Source: Atractiella rhizophila (lineage: Eukaryota). From it: DNA of 36,846 bases. Both the position numbers and the translations under genes were made by a program. Below are positions 24,835-34,972 of this stretch, in pieces. The stretch covers positions 62,001-98,846 of the forward strand of contig MU271306.1 in assembly GCA_021432655.1 (NCBI GenBank), written 5' to 3'. The notes below the pieces were generated by a model. It ran no database searches. It was given only the letters and a program-made list of their open reading frames with translations, and had not been told where the DNA came from. Every line of letters begins with the position of its first letter. Within the stretch, counting starts at the first letter, position 1.

Positions 24835-26519
24835 CTAATGAAAGAGGTGTTCCCAAGCGGTTTCTCGAGTCAGCATCCTCAGAATGGAGATAGTTTCTGC
24901 ACTTCCACCCTCGACGCTTTCCCAGACGACAGTTCGTAAGGTAGGAAGTGATACCTCAAATATCGGGACAAAGTCAGGTCCGACTCCACAATCATATATC
25001 GTCAGTACTTGAAGTCTGAAATGCGGTTTGTGAAGGTAATGATATGAACCATTGGAGAGTTCCTTGCAAAATTTGCGTCCAAATGTTGCATGACGAAGCT
25101 CGAGCTCCTGAAGAGAATTAAATTCCGCAAGATAGCGTAGTGTGATGGAAAGTATAAGCCGATCAGCGTTTGGCGCACCGTGAAGCCTCAAGCTTAACAC
25201 ACGACTACAGAAACTGAAAGAATGCATCATCATATACAAGAGGGGTTGGTACGTCAAACCTGAATATTGTAGATATTAGCCTGCTCAGCGCAGAAGTGAA
25301 AAGACACACCCTGCAGATAAATCGACTCGATGCTCTCACTTTCGCGCAATATCCCGCACAAGCTTTCTAGTCCGCCGTGGAGTCCGCTCTCCAAATCATA
25401 TGTAATATTTCTCACCAAACCTCGAAGATGACGGTTTTGCTTGATGGTTCGCAGAAATAAGATTTCGTCAGTCTGGTCTTCCCACTGATACCAACCTTTA
25501 AGCCAAGGAGATTGATAGAGATGCCGTCTCCCAATGTCGACGAATCTTTTAGCGGATCGAAGGAAGGAAGCGAGCCCGTGTCGTCTGCCCAAATTATCGG
25601 CGGCTTTTGCATCGAAATCGGCGTCGAAGGGAAAAGGCAATGGCTTGAGGAAGAATAAAATCTCGTCCACTAGCTCGAGAGGCAGTCGACCAAACGCTGG
25701 CATCTCCTCAAAAACCACAGTTTTGACCTATGGACTTTGAACCTACAATCAAACGAATATAGGAAATTGTGTACCATGACTACGGGAACACGGAGGTTCT
25801 GTCCCCTAAGAACCGTCCAGTTCAATTATCCCTTTCGGCAGCCTTAATGAATCTACAGACCTTTTCTTCCTCCTTTTGGCCAGTCTTTTTCTTTCCTTGG
25901 CATCCAAGGTCTCGTCAAGCTCAGGTGGTAGGGAAAAAGCCGAATAAAATCTTGTTCGACTTGGAGGTCCTAGTTTGATGATCTCGTTCAATTTTGGGTC
26001 CCATTCGTAGAAATTTCCATCATACAGAAAGGAAACAATACCATACTCTGCATACCCGTGAGCTATAGCCCTGTCATCGTACCATGCATACGGAATCGTG
26101 CGCGGTACTGTGTCAGGTAGGGGGAGATTGAAGGTCTGACGGAGGCGAGAAAAAATCGAATATCTTCCCCAAGGATGCCAAATAGCTGGGCCGCTTGGTG
26201 TTGGAGATTCGTTACAATTGAGAGGCAGAAGTCTCCTCTGAAAGATGGGATATGATCCAGATCGTAAAATCCTTGAGATCCATCCGATCCAAGGAATACT
26301 TCCTGCCTCAGGGAAGGGTGGTTCAGCGCGAAGCGCAGGGCAGAGATCGCCCGGAGTTCCTGGTTTTGCTCCACAGTTTGGACAATACTCGAAAGGGTCT
26401 AGATTCCCTTCATTTTCTTCCTCCATAGGTTCGTTTTCTTCATCCGTCAGAGGTTTAGTAAGACATTCTCTCCATTTCATCCATTCAGCATCGAGGTCGA
26501 TTCGTGAAAGTTGTTCCAT
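24835..26519 (-). CDS. Copy 2 of the CxxC-domain/F-box/LRR family (4 exons including a 31-nt microexon)
   Basis: Starts MEQLSRIDLDAEW...YCPNCGAKPG. After ...KRRKKR, the microexon 25805-25775 (GQNLRVPVVM) splices in frame to VKTVVFEEMPAFGRLPLELVDEILFFL. LRR-like tail ends WEHLFH*. Confidence 0.75.
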
Positions 26520-26649
26520 TTTCTCCGAAAAACGAGTCTCAAGATGAAGTCGTATGGAGACGGAGACAACCGAAAGATCAATCGTGCTTACCCCGGAAAT
26601 AAAAACAAAGGGAACTGGGAGATTCTTACATTTCAAATGACCACGCCTG

Positions 26650-26735
26650 ACTGCGTCGAAAGCTCACTGCTTTACTTTGCTCCTGTCTTCTCCCTCTTCT
26701 GCCGGTCCCCCGCTACTACTCGCAGGACAACAGTC
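26650..26735 (+). pseudogene. Degenerate 5' fragment of the thioredoxin-like gene
   Basis: LLYFAPVFSLFCRSPATTRRT resembles MLLFALLPVFSLFCPSSAATRRT (30276 minus). It sits in the same divergent position relative to the CxxC gene. Confidence 0.65.
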
Positions 26736-27041
26736 GACGAGAAGGCACGAGGAAACAAGCCCACTCGTGTCTATGTACCGAAGATGCAGAATTCTAAGGT
26801 GTTCATGTCAGCCTTTAGCGATCGAAGCCGTGCCTAGGATCTTTATGAAAAGGTGTAGTGTTGGTGTGTGCGACGGTGCGTGGCTGGATCGCGGTGAACA
26901 AGGGAAGAGTGCTATTCTCGCTCTTTGGCACACCACACATTACGAGAGATCATAGCTCGAACCAGCGAACAGTGGGAGAACCGATGCTGCAAGGTGATGA
27001 TGGAGTTGAATTTTCTTCATGATGGTCTGGGAAAGCATTCA

Positions 27042-27458
27042 TTACAATGTTTTCTTTTCATTGCAATCCTTTGTGAGCGCATATACACTACCTTGAATGC
27101 CCATAACTGTCCGCAAATGATGATCATATCCCTGCGGAGCTTCATTTATAAGCAATGAGATCACGCTGCCAGCCCACCATGGCGCGCGTGCTGCAGCATC
27201 TGTCCGCGACCCGACCCAACGTATAGCTTCATGATGTCCAGCCTGTAACCTCCAACAAATGCGATTGAAATGGGGATCATGCGGAATGACCATGTTCCCA
27301 AAGAAACGACATTTTGCAGCCCAGTTGTCATCAAGTAGGTCGTGCAATTCATCTACCTCTGCCGCGGTATAGAATTCTGGAAATGCCGCTGCTAGAACTA
27401 TTTTGCGAACTTTTCTTCTACCGAGGATAGGCGGTCCAACTCCTAACTCTATGATCAA
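27042..27458 (-). CDS. Hypothetical protein or exon (start uncertain)
   Basis: 138-aa ORF whose C-terminal half is conserved at the amino-acid level with the paralogue at 23769-24020. Confidence 0.5.
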   Translation of the reverse strand: MIIELGVGPPILGRRKVRKIVLAAAFPEFYTAAEVDELHDLLDDNWAAKCRFFGNMVIPHDPHFNRICWRLQAGHHEAIRWVGSRTDAAARAPWWAGSVISLLINEAPQGYDHHLRTVMGIQGSVYALTKDCNEKKTL

Positions 27459-27966
27459 AAGTGTGAGAAAGGTATTTGGGGAAACCGACTCTGGCTTAAA
27501 TCTGATTGTCCCATATTCCTCTTGGGTGACCTAAATGGACCGCGTAAAGGTCATGTTGGGGTTACTATCATAAGACTCACAAGAATTTTTCGTTTGACAT
27601 GAGCGCTGACCCTCTCGATAGCGGTATGAATGCCTAATATCCCCATCGGTGCACTTTTTAAACGACCGTTGCCTCCCTCCTGTGCGTCCTCAGGTTGGAT
27701 TTATCCACTGCAGAAGCATTTGGAGGATGCATGGGTGACTCATCTTTGATACCATGTTAAATGAAGCTATCTATCCAAGCCACGCCTGCTTCATTCCTTA
27801 CGGTCCCTTTTTGTGGAGCTCGGGACAAACTCTTTTTATTTTGATTTACATTTCAAAAGGATCAAACTACCAAACCAAGAACCGTGCGAGATGGACTGTC
27901 ACTATCCCCAACGGCCTAACCCTGGGAAAGCTCGAATGTTGTTTTTAACAATTGTTCTTCCTGTGA

Positions 27967-28402
27967 TCAAGTCAGTCTTTCGGTTCTTTGGACTGAAGAG
28001 ACAGTCGCACTGTGATAGTCACTTCGAGGTCTTTCTGGGCCGTAGATGGGCTCCACACTCTCTCTGAAACCATACTTATTACCTTTAGAAGGTTGTTCGC
28101 GCTCTTGCTGTATGTGTTTCTGCTCAACCGCCTCTCGCAATTGTCGGTCATAGTCGCTGTTTGGCGGCCTTGGAAAAGTAGCTGCCGTCCAAGGGTATAG
28201 TGGCGCATCGCACTGCTCGTAATGCGGATGCTGATTGGGGTCATGCACGGAACCGTCCTCTCGGATGATCAATGCCTTCTTGGCAACCCTGTAGAAATAG
28301 TTCTAATCATTGTAACGAATGAGAAGGACTGAGCAAAACGAACCAACGTTTAGATTTGGTGATTTTGTTAGTGTAGAGGGGATGCAAATCAATCCAGGGC
28401 AT
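27967..28402 (-). CDS. Small hypothetical protein (2 exons)
   Basis: MPWIDLHPLYTNKITKSKRW, then intron 28343-28289 (GTTCGT..CAG), then VAKKALIIREDGSVHDPNQHP...ERLT*. Exon 1 has a paralogue at 24078. Confidence 0.5.
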
Positions 28403-29131
28403 GATAATCGTTGCTAAATATTCAACTGTTGGATGAGGAGTTGAGAGTTGAGAAGATCTGAGAATGCTACTCAGCTTTGACGGGCCTGCGATCTGAGCTG
28501 CTTTTTCTATCTTCAGTTGCAGCGATTACCTGACTTTGTCGCCTTGAGCAGGACAAACAGACTTACTCAAGCTTTTCTGAGTTGAATGGTGTGAATGGGT
28601 CCCAGATCCCTTTGTCTCAGGGCCCTTGCTATCCTGTTCAGCTTTCAGGTAGGGTACTTCGGAAGCTATTCCTGAGGTCTCTTGCCTCTAACTACCTTGT
28701 AGCTTTGTAGAGCAGCTAGACAGCGTTTCAGTTTCCCTTCGCGCATGGATGATCCTTATGCGTTTGTTACTAATTTCGGTTATTGTTCCGTTGGTAAACT
28801 ATTCATGTTGTCACAATCATTTTGCAAATATGTCCACTGCGCAGATGTGCTAGGAAGAAATGCACTAACCTTCAATGACTTAACAATTGTGTCATGATAT
28901 CCGCCAAGCATCCAACCTCGTCAACATGCTGCTAGCGGTATGCGCTTTCTAGCTAATGACACCTGACTAATGACATAAGACTTGAAAGCGCAAGTGACGA
29001 TAATCCTCAAATCCCGAGTGCAGAATGTAAGGAGTGAACGGTAACTAAATTATGCAAGTAGTCACAGCGCGACACTGAGGTATACACACAACAAACACTC
29101 CATTAGCCCACAACCTAGCCTAAATAACCCA

Positions 29132-30276
29132 TTACTTCCTCTTCTTCTTCCCTCCCCCTCCCGCGCTCGATCCAGCCGCCTCGCTCTTCTTCGCCCACTC
29201 ATTCTTCTTACCCTCGGTGACCGCGCTGCTGCTTCCCCATGCTGGTGCCGCCTCCTTCTTTTTCGGTTGCTCCCACCTCGCTGGCGGTTTCGGACCTTTT
29301 CCAGGACGGTGCATCAGGCCCACGAGCATGTTCGCGAAAGCGCCGGAGCCGATGAGGAGGAGCCAGTTGGGGATGCGGTCAGTGTAGAGGTGGAAGAAAG
29401 AAAAGAAGCGTCCAATGGGAGGCAGGATGAAGGCACTATTCGAATTTCCATAAGCGACATAAAATGCTCGACAGAAGACAAGTACTAAGGTCCATCGGGA
29501 GAGAACCATCCGTTCTTCCATGGCGCAATATACTTCCAGTACTCATCCTTGAGGAAGTCGTGCAAGTCTGTAGCATTGGGCCTGATCGTTCCCAACCGCA
29601 AGAAGCGAAGCTCGAGGTCGGCCATCCGCGCCGGCGAAGGAGCGTCTTCGGGAAGGTGCGAGAAGACGATGAGTGGCGGTCTGCATTCACCGAATAAGAA
29701 TAAGTACAACGTAAACATTTTGGGAAGGAAATGCGTACTTTGGAATCATGAAGACGGTAGTGAGAACGTCCACCTTGAGATAATCCACACGACCAAACCG
29801 ATAGTAATCCGCTAAATCCCCTCCTGCCATCGACGAGTTGTTCTCCGCCACCGAGAGAACTGCTTCGCTGAACATGCTGGTGGAATCGCCGTGTCTAGGG
29901 GACTTCGCATAGCTTCCCATGCCAAAAGACAGAGCATTACACCGTAATCCCATCTAAGCAGAGCAGACAAGTGAAAAGCTCACACGTCGATAACCCACAC
30001 AATTCCCCTCGCACTTTCAGAAAGTAAGGTATTCTCATAATTGCCGTCATTGAAATTCTTCATATATCTCGACGGTTTTATCACTTGGCCATCGTAATGA
30101 GCTTTGATGGCCGTTTCGTTCATCCTGAAGACATTTTTCATGACCCATGGCCATGGTCCCTTCGGCGCATTCTCTTCAACCGCTTCCGCTTTTGTGATAG
30201 GTCCTGCTGTCCTACGGGTGGCAGCTGAGGAAGGGCAGAAGAGAGAGAAGACAGGAAGCAGAGCAAAGAGGAGCAT
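29132..30276 (-). CDS. ER membrane protein with signal peptide, thioredoxin-like fold, TM helix and KKXX motif (multi-exon)
   Basis: Signal peptide MLLFALLPVFSLFCPSSA. Thioredoxin-like sequence: NFNDGNYENTLL...IVWVIDV, YRFGRVDYLKVDVLTTVFMIP, PPLIVF, LHDFLKDEYWKYIAPW. TM-like segment IPNWLLLIGSGAFANMLVGLMH. C-terminus GKKKRK*. Confidence 0.7.
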
Positions 30277-30484
30277 CCTGAGCTTGCGTGGAAGTTGCGT
30301 CGTCGTCTGAGCTGAAAAAGTTTATTTGAAATGGGAGATTGATAAGGTCTGGAGATAATGAATATGGTTGCCTTTGTTTTGCCTTTTGTCGTGTTGGGTC
30401 TTTCGATTGTGTCCTCCCGGCCTCTCTTCACGCGATTTCAGCTGCGGTTTGTGATTCCAGCTTGGGAGGCTTTTTTCTCGGTGG

Positions 30485-32198
30485 ATGGACCAGCTTTCAC
30501 AGGTGGACCTCGATGCGGAATGGATCAAATGGAGAGAATATCTCACTAAACCTTTGACAGAAGAAGAACTCGAAGCTATGAACGAAGAGAATGAAGAGAA
30601 CCCTGATCCCTCTGAGTATTGTCCCATATGTGGAGCAAAACCTGGAACGCCTGGTGATCTTTGTTCTGCTCTTCTACAGGAACCACCTTTGCCTTACATG
30701 AACATGAATGATCTGTCATGGTTCGGTCAGTTCGCCGATATTCTACGGGCGGGGCCTTATCCTATCTTCCAAAGAAGATTTCTACCGCTCGATTGTAACG
30801 AGTCTCCTCAGCCAGAATATCCGGCACTTTGGCACCCTTGGGGCAGATATTCAATATTTTCACGACTCCGTCAGACGTTTGATCTCCCCCTCCCTGACGC
30901 CGCACCAAGCACCATTCCTTATACGTGGTACGATGGCAAGACTATAGCTCCTTATAAAGGGACTTACGCCACCTATGGCGTTGTTTGTTTTCTATACGGC
31001 GGCAGTTTCTACGAGTGGGACCCAAAGTCGAATGCAATTAAGGAACTAGGGCATCCCAGCAGAACGAATATTTATTCAGCCTTTGAGCAACCGCCACAGC
31101 GTGATGAGACTTCCCATTCCAATCGTGGTGAAAGCAAAAAGCAAACCCGGAAAAAGAAGAAGAAATGGTGAGTTGTACTTTTTAGACATACCAAGGCATA
31201 TAATTGAGTCGTAGGGAGCCAAACTTTCGTGCTCCAGTCGTCATGGTACATAATTTCATTTTCTCTTTGGGAGAACTCAGTGTTGCGGCGCTAGGTCAAG
31301 ACCATGGTTCTCAACGACATGCCAGCCTTTGGTCGACTGCCTCTCGAGTTGGTGGACGAGATTTTATTCTTCCTTAAACCGTTGCATTTTCCCTTCGACT
31401 CGGATTTCGACGCGAAAGCTGCCGAAAATCTGGGCAGACGACACGGTCTCAGTTCCTTCATTCGATCTGCCAAGAGGTTCGTCGATATCGGGAGACGACA
31501 TCTTTATCAGTCTCCTTGGTTGAAAGGATGGTATCAGTGGGAAGACCTGACAGACGAGCTCTTGTTTCTGCGAACTATCAAGCAAAATCCACATTTGCGA
31601 AGTTTGGTGAAAAGTTTCACCTACAATTTGGAGATAGGGCTCCACGGCGGTCTAGAAAGTCTGTCTGGGATTTTAGACGAAAGTCATCATATAGAGTCGC
31701 TTAGTCTGCAAGGTATGTCTTCTCTTTTACCTCTTGTTCAGAATAAAGCCATAGTTCAAATATTCAGGTTTGAACTCAATCTCTAGCTTTTACATCATGT
31801 ATTCCTTCAAGGATTTCCGTCGTATCTCTTGTCTGAAGCTTCACGGTATCCCCAAGGCTAGGCGATTTAGCATTTCCATCATACTCCGCTACCTGGCAAG
31901 ATTCACTCATCTTCGCGAGCTCGAGCTCCGTCGAGTGCAATTTTCACCTACGTTCCGCAAGGAAGCGTCCAACCTGATGGATTACTGGTTTCAAAAACCG
32001 GAATTCAAACTTCAAACACTTGCGATCTATGACAGCGGAGTTGGGCCTGACTTTGTCCCTATACTCGAAACCTCGCTGTTTACCTTGAAAACTCTGGTGT
32101 GGGAAGATGTCGAGTGCTCTTGTGACGAAACCGTCCATATTTTGAAGAATCTTACTCGGAATTCTCGCTGGGAACAATTCTTTGGAGTTTATAGGTGA
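30485..32198 (+). CDS. Copy 3 of the CxxC-domain/F-box/LRR family, ~520 aa
   Basis: Exons 30485-31167, 31215-31245, 31295-31712 and 31768-32198 total 1563 nt. All introns are GT..AG and the joins are in frame. Confidence 0.8.
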
Positions 32199-33146
32199 CA
32201 CATTGAGAAATTGGGTGCAAACTCCAATTAGCCTTTCCTACAGTCACTTTTCATACCCGTGCAAAGTAACTTTCATTGTTCCTCATAGCTCCTCAAGATG
32301 CCTCATTGAGGTCCGCCATTAAATCTTCACCAGTTCACCCCTCACACAGACTCCATCAATCCTTCCCGTGTGACTCGGTCAATGGCGCCAGGTCCTCCCG
32401 CCACTCATCCTCTACTCATCCTCCACTTCATCCAGGCCAAAGAGAACCTCTCCCAGTCGCATCTTCCAAATTTCGTCGGCAATGCATCCAGCTTATTCAA
32501 CCTCAACCCCCCGGATAATTTCGTAAGAATTGATCCAACTGATGTGGGATTGTTACCCAGTTGTGAGCGTTGAGGAGTTCAGATAGCGTCCACTTGGCGA
32601 CGTATGAGAGTGTTAATGAGGAATCATAGAGATATGCGCAGTGTCCTTTAGGCTGCTCTCTGCCGAGCTCTACCCAAAGGGAGTAATAAAGTTGGAGTGC
32701 GAACGGGCACCTCACCAAGGCGATAAGCTAACAAGGAGATATTCGAGGATGTCTGGTAGCCAAACTTGGCAGGGCAACAAGCAATAAAAGTACTAAGTTG
32801 GTGTCGAAGGATACCTCAAAGGATGTACTGATCTCCCTTTGTTCAACATCGCAGCGACCCTTTTGTAGGCGACAAGCACTTCAGCAAGACAGTAAGGCTA
32901 ACAAGAGCACTCGAAGGCTACCCGAGATTCGTCTTTGTGCAGAGGAAATCCTCAAAAGGTCGCCCATAAAAAGGTATGGAAGCTTAACTCATCTCATCAC
33001 ACATCATGTCCAGAAACATTCGAGCTCAGTTCGACCACAGTGCCACGCGTTGGGAGGCCTGTCAATGGACGCTGACTGAGGTAACAAGTGTGGGCTCAGC
33101 CAAGCTCCAATTGACAGTGTAGTAGATTGCTCGCTTCTTTGAAGAC

Positions 33147-34972
33147 ATGGCGCATGAAATCAGCGCTGGCAGATACCAACTACAAAGGCAAAGTGACAGA
33201 GACAAATTCATCTCGGTGTATAACACATTCCTAAGGCCTTATCAGGACAACAGCGGATCGCGTTGGGTTCGGCCTCCAACTAAAGTCAATTATTACGAGA
33301 CATCATACGACATCCATAATGTTTACATGGCTCTAGGTCTGGTCTTTGCTTTTAATGTTGTAAAGCTAACCCTGATACAGTGTGGATGCTTGCTTCGATC
33401 GTAGATCCGCCACCACTGCCGGAGAACGAACCCAACCTTTGGATTTTGCAGATGGCTGTAGTTCTGTGCTTCTGGATCTTCAGAGTCAATAACACTCCTA
33501 AAGGAAAACCCGTCGCTGTTGGCTTCATAGGATGGACTGATGGGCTGCACTCCTGGTGGAGTGGCACATCGGCCCCTCCTCGACTTGTTTTTGGTCACTC
33601 CGCGCCAGCTGCTTCCAAGAAGGGGGTGAAGATGGCAGCCGAAGAATATTTCCAGGTTCGTATGGATCTAGGATCGTCGATCACCCAACCGGTAAAAAGC
33701 TGGGAAGGCAGAGGAAGACCGCCTAAAGGGGACGACCCTCGGGATCAATATCGCAAGGGTCGCACACCCTCACCTTTTCCGAAGAAACGGCGAGACATCT
33801 TCTCAACACCTCACCCAGATCAACTTCGGACTGATTCCAAGAATCGCGGCGAACGTAAACATGAATTGGGGATCCTATTAAACCTCCACCTGCCCCAAGA
33901 TTGGGACAACGAGAAGAAATGGTTAGACCACTGGAGGAGCTTGGCAAGAAATCAGGAAGAGAGGTCTAGGATTGAACAGCTGATGAAGTCAACTAACTCG
34001 TTCAAAGCGCGTCCGAAAATGCATTGTGCCGAATCCTGCTCTTACTCCATGTGCGTTCCCTTTAGCGGGTCATGAGACATGGTTAATTGCTTAGCTAGCT
34101 TGTTCGAAGAGCACCACAAATACTCTTATGGGCTCGCAATGAACGTAGAAGATGTAGTCCACACATTCTATGATTCGAAAGCAGGAGCGCTTCTTGATAG
34201 GGGTTGTTGGGATAGTGTTACGGCTCTCAAGCGCCTTATCATTGACCCTTGCGCTGCTTGCTGGCAGCAAAAACGTTGGGTGGAACGGCAACAGGTTGAA
34301 CGAATCGATCGGGACTTCTCTGTCACCGATGCGGCATATTTCTCACCCCAAATCACTGCTAATTTCAGGTTGGATGCTCATTACGAGGACCCACAGTGGG
34401 ACGAAGATGTTTTGCAAAGTCATCAGGGACACCAAAGCTTGCACGATAATTCTTCGAGACCGTCGAACTTCGGAGCATCCACCTCATCGAGAACACTTCC
34501 ATCGTCGTCTCAGCTTTCTGGACGATATCCTTCACCTGCGACTGGGCGATCTGGATACGACAGCGGTCTGTATGCACCACGGCCCGATCCTTACTTGCCT
34601 GATCCCACCTCGAGTCAATCGTCATCGACGAGATTCTTTAGTGCCCCAGGAACGAGGCAACCAGGTCACTACCAACCTCGATACAACGTTCCCACGACAG
34701 GATCAGCCCCCGGTCCCAATTACTCTAGCGGCAAGGGAGAAGCCAGGTATGGCAGCGGGCGGCGCTCGATGTATTCTGAGGCACCTCCTTCTCCTTCTCG
34801 GGCGAACGGGTACGGTGGCCCTTCTCATGGGACCGCATATTCGGACGATTATGACTTGGGAGCCACCTCTCACTCACAAGACAGTCGTTACTATCAAGGG
34901 AATCCTTATAAGCCAGGACAATCTTCTCGCTATCACATGGATTACTATGATCCATATCCTAGGAAGTATTAG
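33147..34972 (+). CDS. Putative zinc-dependent deaminase-fold protein with low-complexity S/G/Y/P tail (3 exons)
   Basis: Introns 33337-33380 (branch GCTAAC; an in-frame alternative acceptor exists at 33404) and 34051-34098 join three ORFs in frame. HCAE at 34022-34033, then YSYGLAM, then PCAAC at 34247-34261. Confidence 0.6.

Noticed and set aside
30485..32198. CxxC ORF and F-box ORF as two separate genes forming a co-duplicated toxin-antidote pair
   Set aside because: A conserved in-frame microexon with canonical splice sites in all three copies is better explained by a single gene.
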